Shown in pieces: positions 36,462 through 47,004 of a DNA stretch of 64,000 nucleotides (positions are counted from its first letter, which is position 1; each line of letters starts with the position of its first letter). Origin of the DNA: Methanothrix sp. (lineage in GTDB: Archaea; Halobacteriota; Methanosarcinia; Methanotrichales; Methanotrichaceae). The translations under genes and the position numbers were made by a program. The stretch spans positions 2,592,001-2,656,000 of the forward strand of contig OY821645.1 of assembly GCA_963682135.1 (NCBI GenBank), written 5' to 3'. The notes under the pieces were generated by a model. It worked only from the letters and a program-made list of their open reading frames with translations. It searched no databases and was not told the DNA's origin.

Positions 36462-37472
36462 ATGTGTGAATCGAAAACCATCTGGTGGGATGACGGACTG
36501 TGGCTGATCGATCAGACCCGTCTGCCAGGCGAGCTATTGCCCCTTCGCATAAAAAGCGTCCGACAGCTCATTGAAGCTATCAAGACCCTGCGCGTGCGCG
36601 GCGCTCCTGCTCTGGGTGCCGCGGGAGGCTATGGGATAGCTCTGGCTGCCAGGCTCTCCCCGGCCGGCAATGCACCGGAGTTGATGGATGAATTGGAGAA
36701 AGCCGCCCATATGATTAAGGGCTCTCGGCCCACCGCCATCAACCTCTCCTGGGGGGTGGATAGGACTATGCGTGCCGCCGCCCTTCAGGAAACGGCTGAA
36801 GATATTCGTGCGGCAGCGCTGCGTGAGGCTGAGGAGATCGCTGAGGAGGATATCCGCATCAATAAGCTCCTGGGCAAGAACGGGGCCAAGCTTCTGGATG
36901 ACGGGGACCATGTCCTCACCCATTGCAATGCCGGAAGGCTGGCCTGCGTGGGCTGGGGAACTGCCCTGGGAGTCATCCGCTCTGCCGTGGCTGCGGGCAA
37001 GCACATTCATGTCTACGCCTGTGAGACCCGGCCTTTGCACCAGGGATCGCGCCTGACTGCCTGGGAGCTGGCCCAGGATGAGATACCGGTCACTCTTATC
37101 TGCGACAACATGTCCGGCAGCCTGATGAGAAAGGGCAAAATCGACAAGGTCATCGTCGGTGCCGACCGCATCACCAGGGACGCAGCCTTCAACAAGATAG
37201 GCACCTATAGCCATGCCGTCCTGGCCAGATTTCATAAGATCCCCTTCTATGTGGCAGCGCCGCTCTCCACTTTCGACCGCCTGCATGAGGAAAAGGACAT
37301 TGTCGTGGAGGAGCGAGACCGTGAGGAGATCTGCAGCCTGAACGGAAAACGGCTCGCCCCCCAGGGAATCGAAGTCTACAATCCAGCCTTCGATGCCACG
37401 CCGCTGGAACTGGTATCCGGCCTGATCACAGAGAAGGGCGTCTTCCGACCGCCGCTCATGCCAGTGCTTTGA
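36462..37472 (+). CDS. mtnA: Methylthioribose-1-phosphate isomerase (eIF2B-alpha family)
   Basis: IDQTRLP, VRGAPA, SRPTAINL, THCNAG, ETRP..QGSRLTAWEL, GADRI, NKIGTY, NPAFDATP. Confidence 0.93.
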   Translation: MCESKTIWWDDGLWLIDQTRLPGELLPLRIKSVRQLIEAIKTLRVRGAPALGAAGGYGIALAARLSPAGNAPELMDELEKAAHMIKGSRPTAINLSWGVDRTMRAAALQETAEDIRAAALREAEEIAEEDIRINKLLGKNGAKLLDDGDHVLTHCNAGRLACVGWGTALGVIRSAVAAGKHIHVYACETRPLHQGSRLTAWELAQDEIPVTLICDNMSGSLMRKGKIDKVIVGADRITRDAAFNKIGTYSHAVLARFHKIPFYVAAPLSTFDRLHEEKDIVVEERDREEICSLNGKRLAPQGIEVYNPAFDATPLELVSGLITEKGVFRPPLMPVL

Positions 37473-37548
37473 GCAGAGCTTGCGGAGGAGGTTGCGTTTC
37501 CAAAAAGTTAAATAGGATAATACATTCTACTTTTTGGGAGGGATTTAA

Positions 37549-40500
37549 ATAAGCCGATCCAGAGATAAATGGAAATTTTTAAATAATATTAACATCGGAG
37601 TTCTTATTATCTTTATCCCTATGCTCTTTATCCCGGCATTTTGCGCAGAGGAGCAATCCGGTGAGCTTGATGACATCAGCATTACCTCATTTGGCGAGCC
37701 AATCGAAATTGATATGGATTATTATCAGTTGGTGCCCATAACTATAATGAATAATGGCAAGAAAACACATAGATTAAAAATTAGCGCAATCAATCCCTAC
37801 AGCGACATTTATCTTAGCTTTATCAGTGAAAGTCCGGACAAAGAATACATGGGATTTGCGCCAGGGGATAAAAAGACCCTGGTTCTTTCCATAAATGCGC
37901 AGGATGCTGCAAGCAGCACTTATAATATAATAATTGATCTGATCGATAAGCAGACTGGCCAAGAGAAATCATTCCCTCTAAACATATCTGTCAGGTACAG
38001 CAATTTAAGTTTTGCATTTAAGGATGTGACCGGACCAGTTGATGCTCAATCGGATTCGAAGAGATTCTTTGTGAAAAATGTGGGCGATGATGCCCCAGAT
38101 ATCGATGTCATTGCGGGAGATGACATTGCAGGTAAGGTAATCATCCAGAGGGTTCCGAGAGATCCAAGCATGTCCATCGCTAAAGGCGAGGGCGTTGATG
38201 TTACAATCTCACCCTTGCTTTCAGATCAAAATCGAGCGATATATGGCAACGTGATCGCAAAATGGGGCAATAATTCCAGGTCTTACCCGGTTGAATTCAG
38301 GTGTGATGGAGATATTCTCGCAAGAACACTGACTGATCCGATATTGTATTTCAATCTCAAGAGATCTGGATGTATTAATAAAGGGACAGTTAATGATTTG
38401 TTTTATTTGCCATCGGGGATAAAGAAGGAAGATGTGGACTATGCTTACGTCGATTTTGAATTATTTCCCCATAGCAATCAATATAAAGAATATGCTGTTG
38501 TCGTGGATTTCAACGGACGCGAACTCGGCAAATTCGTGCTTGCGCCATTGCAGGACGGCGTTTTTCAAAGACATATTCGCCTGGACGTAACAAAGCATTT
38601 GAATTTCTCTAGTAGTAATAGTCCCAATGCAAATAAAGTTCACCTTTCGACTGATATGGATCGAGGGTATTATACACCTCTATCGGATGCAAGAGCAGTA
38701 GTCTGTTTGAAGGGAGAGTATCATCATTACATGTGTTCGAATCGATCGGCCTCACATCTGCCACCATACATCTATTTTAATCCAGAAATTGCTAAATCCG
38801 GTTCAAAGCTGGATCTAACAATCGATTCTCCTGTAAAAGGCAGCACGTTGGACACATCTGATTTCATCGTTGTATCTGTAAGATGCAATGGAACAAATGT
38901 TCCTTTCTGCAGAGTTAGCGCAAGATCGAATCTCAGCAAGGATGTAATCAGTCTATTTGATAATGGCCAAAATAAGGATGGAGCTGCTGATGATGGAATC
39001 TATGGCGCACCAATTGGTAAGTCTCCAGCTGGATCATGCCATTTGAGTATCAATGCTTATCTTGGGGGAGTCTCAGGTCAAAATGAGACAGATTTCATTG
39101 TAACCAGAAAATATTATCCACCGGATTGCCCTAACCTCAAGCTGGTTGACCCTGTCCTATCAATAGACAATCAAACGCTTGTCGGAGACAGAGCTATCAT
39201 AATAGAACCTTCCGTGCTGCACAGCATATCTCTGCATTCAAGCTTTGAGAATCCGTGTTATATATCAGATGGCATCTTGAATTCAAACATTGGCATAAAG
39301 TCATGCGGCCAGAGCATATCACTAGACGGCTTTATTCGCATTTTAAATTCGTCTGGTGAAAAGAATCTCGATATAACGTTGAACTCAGAAGTGAGCTTCC
39401 TGGATGATCCAGCGGTTTATGGACTGAATACGCTAGAATTCTCAGCCAAGCCGAAAGAGGATGAACACTTTATTCAACCGGACACTATTTCCGCAAGCGT
39501 ATTTCTCACACCATATAAAATTCAAAGTCATGGCGTAGATCCCATTTTGTACAGACCTTGGCGCGAGAATGCGAATAATGGTCACGGGAATGTAACGATC
39601 ATTTGCAGCCCTGAGTACGAACAGCATCTGGCCTACAATAGTTCAAAGGATCCTTCTGTGACATCATTTATCGCCTATCTGCAGCTTTTAGGCCTGACTG
39701 AGCTTGCAAAAAAATACCCGGATGCAGAGGTCATTATCATTCCATTTCGCGTCGGTGATAGCCAAGATAATATTTGTGCAGCGATTGAGAGGTATGTTCA
39801 ACAGGCGCGGGATCTGGCAAAGGTCCCTCTTATCGTCGGGGCAGTTCCGCATGTCTACGTGTCATACAGTCCCTCTAATATCATCGCCTCTCAGTCGTAT
39901 AGAGCTGCTTATATGAGCTATGCTCAGGCAAGTGAGATCAATAGCATGACCTTCTGGGACGATTTATCGTCACCTAAAAGAGCATTGGTGTCAAGCGACT
40001 TCCGTAGCGAAAAAATAGCCAGTCCTGCTGCAAAAAAATATAAAAAATATAATTTAGATGATTCAATCGACTATCCTCTTCTGCTTCTCTGTAAAAAAGA
40101 TATGCCACTGCTCCAAATCGGACCGGAGATAATGGCCGTGGATCTCAGGACGCAAAGCGCGTTTAAATCTATCTATTCAATACAAAGAATTAGCCCTCTT
40201 GTGCCGATAGATCATACGTTCTATCTTGGTGGCTCAGCTAATGTCGGACCATTTAGTATTTCTCTAAATCCCTCAAGTTTGACTATTTCAGCGGGTTATA
40301 AGAAGGTCAGCGGCCTCATCATCGTAGGAGATTATTCAGGGATAAAAGCAAAGCCATGTCTGCTAACTTATTATTGTAAGAACTTATCTCTAAATGATGC
40401 GATGAACAATTCCGTGGTTACTCAGTTCATCTCTCCAGCGGATTTGGGCCGACTCGACAAATCAGTCTCTGAGATATTTAAGAAGTCTTCAATAACTTAT

Positions 40501-43494
40501 AAAAAATGGCTTTCCGATTACGTGGAACCAGACAGCACGTTTTCCATGCTTAGGGCGTGCACCGAAAATGTACTATCTTTTGATCAGCCTGTCTACGATA
40601 GCGTAGAGAGCATTCGTGATAGCTACCCGGCATCGACAAAAGAGGCAAATGCCATTTTTGCAGGGGTATCGATTCTCTCAGATGTCAGCCAGATTGCCGG
40701 CTATGCAGGATTGCCGGTGTCCTTGACAGCCAGCAACGTTCCTGAAGTCCTGACATATGTGAACCGAGACAATGATATCAACTATATTCTGCTCAATGAG
40801 TCCGCTAATCGGATTGAGGCTGTTCAATCAGACTTCCTAATTCCCGAATCAAGCATGATCGGTGATATCAGGATGTCGTCAGTCAGAAAGCAGGCTATGT
40901 CGGCATCCTCATCAGGCGAAATGCGAAAGCTTCTCGAACAAATAGCATCGGGCGGCATACCGATGAATACCGGCACAATGTCCAAATCTCTGCAGAAAGG
41001 ACTCGCATCCAGTGCAAAGTCAATGAACCTGTATTCCAATTCTCAGGATCTTGCGACCTTTTCCTCAAAAGAGCTCTATTATTTAGGCAATCCCGATCTG
41101 GGAGACAGCAGAAGTCAGAAGAAAACAGTATCTGGAAGGTTAAGCTATGATGATCCTGAAGATTCGTATGAGCCGAAATATCTGCCAGACAGATTCTCTG
41201 TAAACATTAAGAGCCTGCCGGAGCGTTTTGAATTGCCAGGGAAGACCATCATATATGCGAATATCACGGAAAATGAAACTAATGTGGATGGCTTTAAAGT
41301 CAGAGCTTATTCGACAATTGCTGCAACAGGAACCGGCCTACCACCAATTCCATTCATTTGTATGATTTTAAATTCGCCTTCATCTCAAGTCGTGGATAGA
41401 ATTGACGTTGCGTCAGGCGATTCCGTATTTTTAAAGGCCTCCTTGCCATTGACAATTGCCCAAGCGCATGATAAGCCACTCTCCGGCTTCTCCCCTGACG
41501 GAATATGGCCACCGCAGCCTTGGTCATATACGTCTGGGATTTCGGGGAACTCTTCAAATACCATTATTTGTCTTTATCCGTTTAAATACAATTCTTCGAG
41601 AGAAGACGGCTGGTACAATTGCACACTTAACATCTCCGTTTCCATGAGGAACCTGACTGAAGAGAATAGGACAACTCTCAGACTTGAAAGCTATCCTGAG
41701 AGCATTGCTTTAAGCCCGAGTGCCTGTTTCCCACTAAAAGTGCGTGTCTTTAATGATATCTCATCTATCGGCAATGCCTCTGATGTCATTATTAGGGCGA
41801 GGGCTTCTGATGGCATAAATATAAGCAGCGATGAGGCACAGAGAAATTCCGACGGCTCTTTGCAATGGCCAATTATGAACTTTGGACGGTCGGCGACGGA
41901 TTACAATGCATTTCTCCCGCTCAATGTGTGTATCGAAAACAATACCTCTCCGGATACTGCTCAGCATTTGATCAATATAACCTCTGAATACATGGACGAC
42001 GATGTCCTTAGAAATGCAACGATAAGCATCCCCATAGTACAGATCTCACCGGATTCGGTTGATCTTGCAATAAGTGATGTGACTCTCAAGAATGATACAA
42101 TTGGGGAAAATAATCGTTACTGGGTAGATGCATCGATTGAAAATGCTGGAAAAGAGACTATAATCATGGCGCAGGTTATGCTATTTGTAGACGGGATATG
42201 CAAGGCGCAGGAAAGCATACCTGTTATTGAGAGCGGACACGAGCAAAATATAAGTCTTTTATTCCGACCAGCGTTTGGAAGGCATAATCTCTCAGTTGCA
42301 GTTGCAGCATCACCCTTTGAAGTCAATCTTCAGAACAATTACAGAAGCCTCAAGGATATCTATTTTAAGCCAGTTGAACAATGGATAGGCCCATCGGGTG
42401 CGAATGTGAGTGCAGTTGTCCAATCTATGCTAAAAGGTGATGGCGGGTTCATCGTTTTAGGCGTTTCGCAACCAGAGAATTCAAGTACATCCAGGACAGT
42501 CTTGATGAATATTTCGGGTAATGGTAGCATTGTATGGGAAAGAGAGCTGCCTCAGGGCAACTTTACGGGATATACGATGCTAAAATCAGGTGACGATTAT
42601 ATTGTCGCTGGGTCAAATATAATGAACGATCTGCAAGGAGAAGAGCTATTTGCCACGAAATGCAACAGCAATGGCATCGAGAAGGCTGGAGCCAACTGGT
42701 CTTTCGGCAAATACAGCAGGGAGCGAGCACTTTCAGTATGTGATACAGCAGATGGCGGATTTCTTTTGACTGGGTATGGAATGAAAACAAAGGCAAAATC
42801 CGGCATCTTGCTGATCAAAGCGAGACCAGGCTTTCCTGGTGATTATAAGGAATGGGATCGTCTAATTGGCATAGACAATAAGAACGGCTTAGGAAAATCC
42901 GTGGAAGAATGCAGGGATGGAAGCATCATAATAGCAGGATCTGCGGGTTCGCAGTCAGGCAATGACACAGATCTGTTGCTGCTGAATGCAGATTTTAACT
43001 TAAATCCAAAAAGCCTTCAGATATGGAATAAGACCTTTGGGGGAGGAAGAGACGATTTTGCTCTGAAGGTTACTCATGACCAGGATGGCGGCTATGTCAT
43101 ACTCGGTGGCACTTCCTCATTTGGAAACGGTGGCAACGATGTGTGGCTACTTAAAACTGATGCAGACGGACGAGAAATGTGGAACAGGACCTATGGCGGG
43201 ATCGGAGATGATGGCGCGGGGTCCCTCATCAAGACCGTTGACGGAGGATATCTCATTTCAGGTTATGCTGGAATGTCAGATCGCTGCACAAAGCCATGGA
43301 TTATAAAGACTGATGCCCATGGCTTTGAGGAATGGAATCTGACATTTAATGAAACAGGCAAAGCAACATCAGCACTTGAGCTGGATGATGGCAGCTTCGT
43401 TGTAGCAGGATACAGCGAATCCTGCGAGAGATTCCCCTCAAATCAGACAACAGTCTGGATAAGGAAGCTAAGGCCTGTAATAGCAGATGGGTAG
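37549..43494 (+). CDS. Giant (~1980 aa) secreted/surface multidomain protein
   Basis: Open 1957-aa ORF from ATG 37621; frame extends upstream to ATA 37549, completing a signal peptide; LFDNGQNKDGAADDGIYG motif, CARDB-like unit, C-terminal beta-propeller repeats (WNKTFGG, WNRTYGG). Confidence 0.8.
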   Translation: MSRSRDKWKFLNNINIGVLIIFIPMLFIPAFCAEEQSGELDDISITSFGEPIEIDMDYYQLVPITIMNNGKKTHRLKISAINPYSDIYLSFISESPDKEYMGFAPGDKKTLVLSINAQDAASSTYNIIIDLIDKQTGQEKSFPLNISVRYSNLSFAFKDVTGPVDAQSDSKRFFVKNVGDDAPDIDVIAGDDIAGKVIIQRVPRDPSMSIAKGEGVDVTISPLLSDQNRAIYGNVIAKWGNNSRSYPVEFRCDGDILARTLTDPILYFNLKRSGCINKGTVNDLFYLPSGIKKEDVDYAYVDFELFPHSNQYKEYAVVVDFNGRELGKFVLAPLQDGVFQRHIRLDVTKHLNFSSSNSPNANKVHLSTDMDRGYYTPLSDARAVVCLKGEYHHYMCSNRSASHLPPYIYFNPEIAKSGSKLDLTIDSPVKGSTLDTSDFIVVSVRCNGTNVPFCRVSARSNLSKDVISLFDNGQNKDGAADDGIYGAPIGKSPAGSCHLSINAYLGGVSGQNETDFIVTRKYYPPDCPNLKLVDPVLSIDNQTLVGDRAIIIEPSVLHSISLHSSFENPCYISDGILNSNIGIKSCGQSISLDGFIRILNSSGEKNLDITLNSEVSFLDDPAVYGLNTLEFSAKPKEDEHFIQPDTISASVFLTPYKIQSHGVDPILYRPWRENANNGHGNVTIICSPEYEQHLAYNSSKDPSVTSFIAYLQLLGLTELAKKYPDAEVIIIPFRVGDSQDNICAAIERYVQQARDLAKVPLIVGAVPHVYVSYSPSNIIASQSYRAAYMSYAQASEINSMTFWDDLSSPKRALVSSDFRSEKIASPAAKKYKKYNLDDSIDYPLLLLCKKDMPLLQIGPEIMAVDLRTQSAFKSIYSIQRISPLVPIDHTFYLGGSANVGPFSISLNPSSLTISAGYKKVSGLIIVGDYSGIKAKPCLLTYYCKNLSLNDAMNNSVVTQFISPADLGRLDKSVSEIFKKSSITYKKWLSDYVEPDSTFSMLRACTENVLSFDQPVYDSVESIRDSYPASTKEANAIFAGVSILSDVSQIAGYAGLPVSLTASNVPEVLTYVNRDNDINYILLNESANRIEAVQSDFLIPESSMIGDIRMSSVRKQAMSASSSGEMRKLLEQIASGGIPMNTGTMSKSLQKGLASSAKSMNLYSNSQDLATFSSKELYYLGNPDLGDSRSQKKTVSGRLSYDDPEDSYEPKYLPDRFSVNIKSLPERFELPGKTIIYANITENETNVDGFKVRAYSTIAATGTGLPPIPFICMILNSPSSQVVDRIDVASGDSVFLKASLPLTIAQAHDKPLSGFSPDGIWPPQPWSYTSGISGNSSNTIICLYPFKYNSSREDGWYNCTLNISVSMRNLTEENRTTLRLESYPESIALSPSACFPLKVRVFNDISSIGNASDVIIRARASDGINISSDEAQRNSDGSLQWPIMNFGRSATDYNAFLPLNVCIENNTSPDTAQHLINITSEYMDDDVLRNATISIPIVQISPDSVDLAISDVTLKNDTIGENNRYWVDASIENAGKETIIMAQVMLFVDGICKAQESIPVIESGHEQNISLLFRPAFGRHNLSVAVAASPFEVNLQNNYRSLKDIYFKPVEQWIGPSGANVSAVVQSMLKGDGGFIVLGVSQPENSSTSRTVLMNISGNGSIVWERELPQGNFTGYTMLKSGDDYIVAGSNIMNDLQGEELFATKCNSNGIEKAGANWSFGKYSRERALSVCDTADGGFLLTGYGMKTKAKSGILLIKARPGFPGDYKEWDRLIGIDNKNGLGKSVEECRDGSIIIAGSAGSQSGNDTDLLLLNADFNLNPKSLQIWNKTFGGGRDDFALKVTHDQDGGYVILGGTSSFGNGGNDVWLLKTDADGREMWNRTYGGIGDDGAGSLIKTVDGGYLISGYAGMSDRCTKPWIIKTDAHGFEEWNLTFNETGKATSALELDDGSFVVAGYSESCERFPSNQTTVWIRKLRPVIADG

Positions 43495-43572
43495 GAAAGA
43501 TTATGGAGTCGGAGGACTGGCATCTTACTGATTTGACCGCCCGATCCACCGACTTTTATCTTGGTTTTCAAT

Positions 43573-45450
43573 TCAGGGAGCCATCCTTCTAGAAAGATAT
43601 AATTTGTAATCATCTTTGCATGAGACGTTCAAGAAAAATGGTCCCAATAGCCGTATTTGGCTGTCGTCATCCAGGAGGATGCTTTTAAGATTCTTAAGCA
43701 AAATTCCATTTTCGTTGACAGAATTTACCTTCATATCATCTATTACATCATTTTCAGCGATTTGCTTCAGCTCATCGGATATCTGCCATATACCGTCAAC
43801 TGTGGCGACTTCCGTCCCGTTTTCATCTCTGAACGCATTTAGGAAGGAAATGGCAATAGTCACAATCCTATTATGATTGTCATCGTAGCCTGGCATCTCT
43901 CTCTCATATGTAAACGTCCGATCGATCGCTTTTGAATCATCTGTAGATGGGCTCATCACTTTATCTGATTTGGGTATTGCCTTTCCATCTTTATAGAGCG
44001 TTGCATACACCTTATTTCCTGCGGGTATATCGATATTTTCTATTTTGAGTTCAAATCCCTCTTCTAGCAGGATGGATTCTCCCCTGGAGACATTTATCCG
44101 CTCACTTTGATCTTTGAGCACCTTTAGCAGCTTGCCATCATTAAGAAGGCTTTTAATATCGGATTTCTCGTAGATGATTGAACTTTCTGTCGGCTCATCT
44201 CGGCAGTATCCCGCAAAATAGGGCTCTCCTAAAAAGCCTATTACTGAATAATTTCCCCAATTCCGATAAGCAAATTTCTTTGCTCCTGGTTTGCTGGAAT
44301 ACTCTGCAGCATTCTTTTCAATTCTCATTTTGGAGTCTTGGGCATCAGTCAGTCTGAGGATGAGGCATTCGCTTCCGACATCATCATCCATGTCGTAATA
44401 AAAGCCCACAAATCTGTAAGGATTCCAGGAAAACCGGGAGAATTCCCTCGGATCCACCACATTACTTCTGACAGAATCTAGATTGCTCTTGTATGGATAG
44501 AATCTAAGTGTGTCATTATCGGCTATTCTAAGGCCAATGTTATCGGCTATTGTCTTGTTATTTCCTTTGCCAAGCGTTATGCCTCCATGATTTTTCATCA
44601 GGATTTTGCTGCCGTCATAATCATATACCGACAATAGTCCAAATTTATTACTTGCCTCAATATTCTTGATAGGTTTATCAGATAGCTGAAATATGCCATC
44701 AACCAAGATCCAATCGGCTTCATCATCCATATGTATATCTTTTAGATGAATCATGATAAATGGTATATCAATACCCTTGTAATTAATATTAAAAACAATT
44801 GTAGAACGCCTGATGGATTTGCTATCAATATCCCTCTCTTGGATGTGTTCTCCCTTTATTTCTCGATCACCATTCATCAACACAAGAGTTGCTTCTTTAT
44901 ATTGTCCATCATTTGCGTCATTATCTCGAATATCTGTCACCTTGATGGAATATCCTTCTTCTAGTGGCGGCAGAAAACCCCCTGAATTGGCTTGAAAATC
45001 GCCTTTGATATCGGTTAATACCTTGAACAGAAGGCCCCTTTCGAGAAGGTTTGTATCCTCATCAGAGAAATCCTGATTTCGTCCCTGATTGCTGGCAAAG
45101 TACTGTTCTCCGAGGAAGTCTATGACCTCGTAGCTGCCCCAATCCTCAAATTTGAATTCCTTTTTTCGGGTAAATGACGAATACAATAGACTGCCAGGAT
45201 CAATCTGCCTTTGATCATCGGAATTCAGGTGGATGCTTATTTTCTCACTATTCAGTTCATCGTCGCGCAATTCGTTACAGTTATTGGAATCCAAAGAAAA
45301 TCCAGAAAAAGTCTCTTTTGTACAAGTGTATTCATCAGATGAGATTCCTTGCCTCCAGACTAGATCCCCAACAGGATCTTCCTGAGCGGTGGAATACGAT
45401 ATCAATAAAAACGAAGCTAAGCAAATTAGATGCAATACAAGTTTAATCAT
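43573..45450 (-). CDS. Divergent S-layer domain protein (two DUF1608-like repeats)
   Basis: GGAGGT RBS and signal peptide; WNPYRFVGFYYD, IGFLGEPYFAGY, DGIWQIS, LRFYPY. Confidence 0.85.
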   Translation of the reverse strand: MIKLVLHLICLASFLLISYSTAQEDPVGDLVWRQGISSDEYTCTKETFSGFSLDSNNCNELRDDELNSEKISIHLNSDDQRQIDPGSLLYSSFTRKKEFKFEDWGSYEVIDFLGEQYFASNQGRNQDFSDEDTNLLERGLLFKVLTDIKGDFQANSGGFLPPLEEGYSIKVTDIRDNDANDGQYKEATLVLMNGDREIKGEHIQERDIDSKSIRRSTIVFNINYKGIDIPFIMIHLKDIHMDDEADWILVDGIFQLSDKPIKNIEASNKFGLLSVYDYDGSKILMKNHGGITLGKGNNKTIADNIGLRIADNDTLRFYPYKSNLDSVRSNVVDPREFSRFSWNPYRFVGFYYDMDDDVGSECLILRLTDAQDSKMRIEKNAAEYSSKPGAKKFAYRNWGNYSVIGFLGEPYFAGYCRDEPTESSIIYEKSDIKSLLNDGKLLKVLKDQSERINVSRGESILLEEGFELKIENIDIPAGNKVYATLYKDGKAIPKSDKVMSPSTDDSKAIDRTFTYEREMPGYDDNHNRIVTIAISFLNAFRDENGTEVATVDGIWQISDELKQIAENDVIDDMKVNSVNENGILLKNLKSILLDDDSQIRLLGPFFLNVSCKDDYKLYLSRRMAP

Positions 45451-45552
45451 AACAATACCTCCAAATGCAACTTTTTTAGGATGGTAACTCACATTTGATA
45501 TTTAATTCTATCTAGGCGAAAAAGAGATTAGATCGTCGGGATTCCTTTGATC

Positions 45553-46308
45553 ATGAATTCCGATCTGGCTGTCATCGGCGGCGTGGGCTTCGCCTTGTCA
45601 GGGCAGACTGATGAGGTGGAGACCCCCTATGGCAAAGTTCCCATCGTTCGCTGCAATTTGATGGAAAAAGAGATCGTCTTCATCTCCCGCCATGGAGATG
45701 ACCACCTGCCTCCTCACAAAGTCAACTACCGGGCCATAATCTCCGCTGCCAGGATAGCGGGCGCAAGCGCCGTAATCTCCACCAACACCGTGGGCAGCAT
45801 GGCCGGGCATCCCATGGGCAGCATCTTTTTGCCGAGCGACTTTGTGGAGTTTACCAAAAACAGGCCCAATACATTCTTTGAAGAGAGAGCCGTTCATGTG
45901 GATATGGGCCGCCCCTACTGCCCGCATCTTCGCAGCTCATTGATTACGGCGGCCGGCCTGCTTGGCCAGACGGTGGGTGAGGGCGTCTACGTCTGCGCCG
46001 AGGGCCCGCATCTGGAGTCTCCCGCCCAGATCAGAATGATGCGCCTGTTTGGGGATGTGGTGGGAATGACCGGCTATCCAGAGGTAGCCCTGGCCAGGGA
46101 AGCGGCGCTTTGCTATGCATCGCTATGCATCGTCACCAATCCGGCTGCCGGAATGATGGGAGGAAGCGACCTGGCCATCTCAGAGATCACCATTCTCATG
46201 AGAAAGAATCAGGAAATTGTGGCGGAGATAATCAAACTGGCAGCGCAAGAAATTTCGGATCAGAGGTTATGCCGATGCAGAGATGCCCTGGGAGATGCGG
46301 GGCTTTGA
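45553..46308 (+). CDS. mtnP: Methylthioadenosine/methylthioinosine phosphorylase (MTAP family)
   Basis: VIGG, VETPYG, SRHG..HLPPHKVNYRA, EGP.LES.A, VVGMTGYPE..LARE. Confidence 0.88.
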   Translation: MNSDLAVIGGVGFALSGQTDEVETPYGKVPIVRCNLMEKEIVFISRHGDDHLPPHKVNYRAIISAARIAGASAVISTNTVGSMAGHPMGSIFLPSDFVEFTKNRPNTFFEERAVHVDMGRPYCPHLRSSLITAAGLLGQTVGEGVYVCAEGPHLESPAQIRMMRLFGDVVGMTGYPEVALAREAALCYASLCIVTNPAAGMMGGSDLAISEITILMRKNQEIVAEIIKLAAQEISDQRLCRCRDALGDAGL

Positions 46309-46395
46309 GAGAACGCTGATGGCCCCAAAGAAGCATCATCCAATAGATGCCCATCAATAAATTTATATATTAATTTATACAGTAATCCATTTGCT

Positions 46396-46953
46396 ATGTA
46401 TTCCACACGAATTGCCGGATTGCTTTCCTTCGTCGCAGCCTCGCAATTTCTCATCTGTATGCTTATCTGTGAGGCGCTTTATCCCGGATACAGCATCTCA
46501 GAAAATATGATAAGCGATCTGGGCGTCGGCTCGACTGCGGGATTATTCAACAGCTCCATCATCGTCCTGGGCCTGCTGATAATTTTCTCTGCAATATCAT
46601 TTCATTCTTTTCACAAAAATAGGATATTCACCATTCTAATGATCCTGACCGGCGCGGGTGCGATGGGTGTCGGCATATTCCCTGAAAACTTAAGACCTTA
46701 CCATGAGATCTCCGCCGGCATTACTTTTATATTTGGCGGATTATCGGAAATCTTGTCTTTTGTCCTAGTAAGGTTTCCCATGTCCATGTCGGTAATCTTC
46801 CTGGGCGGGTTAACTTTAGGTTCCCTAATATTGTTTGCACTTGGAGTCCATCTGGGACTGGGACCGGGCGGTATGGAAAGGATGATCGTCTATCCGGTGA
46901 TCCTCTGGGGAGCAGGCTTTGGAGGATATCTGATGGCCTCAGAGCGAAGATAG
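46396..46953 (+). CDS. DUF998-like membrane protein
   Basis: YPGYS...ISDLG, GVGIFPE, LGPGGMER; multiple TM segments. Confidence 0.8.
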   Translation: MYSTRIAGLLSFVAASQFLICMLICEALYPGYSISENMISDLGVGSTAGLFNSSIIVLGLLIIFSAISFHSFHKNRIFTILMILTGAGAMGVGIFPENLRPYHEISAGITFIFGGLSEILSFVLVRFPMSMSVIFLGGLTLGSLILFALGVHLGLGPGGMERMIVYPVILWGAGFGGYLMASERR

Positions 46954-47004
46954 TATTTACCTCTTGCAGGTCATCAAGCCATCATCGATAGTTGGTGGAA
47001 AATT

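Noticed and set aside
36462-37472. Translation factor aIF-2B or ribose-1,5-bisphosphate isomerase
   Set aside because: IDQTRLP, THCNAG and QGSRLTAWEL motifs plus nearby mtnP fit MtnA better
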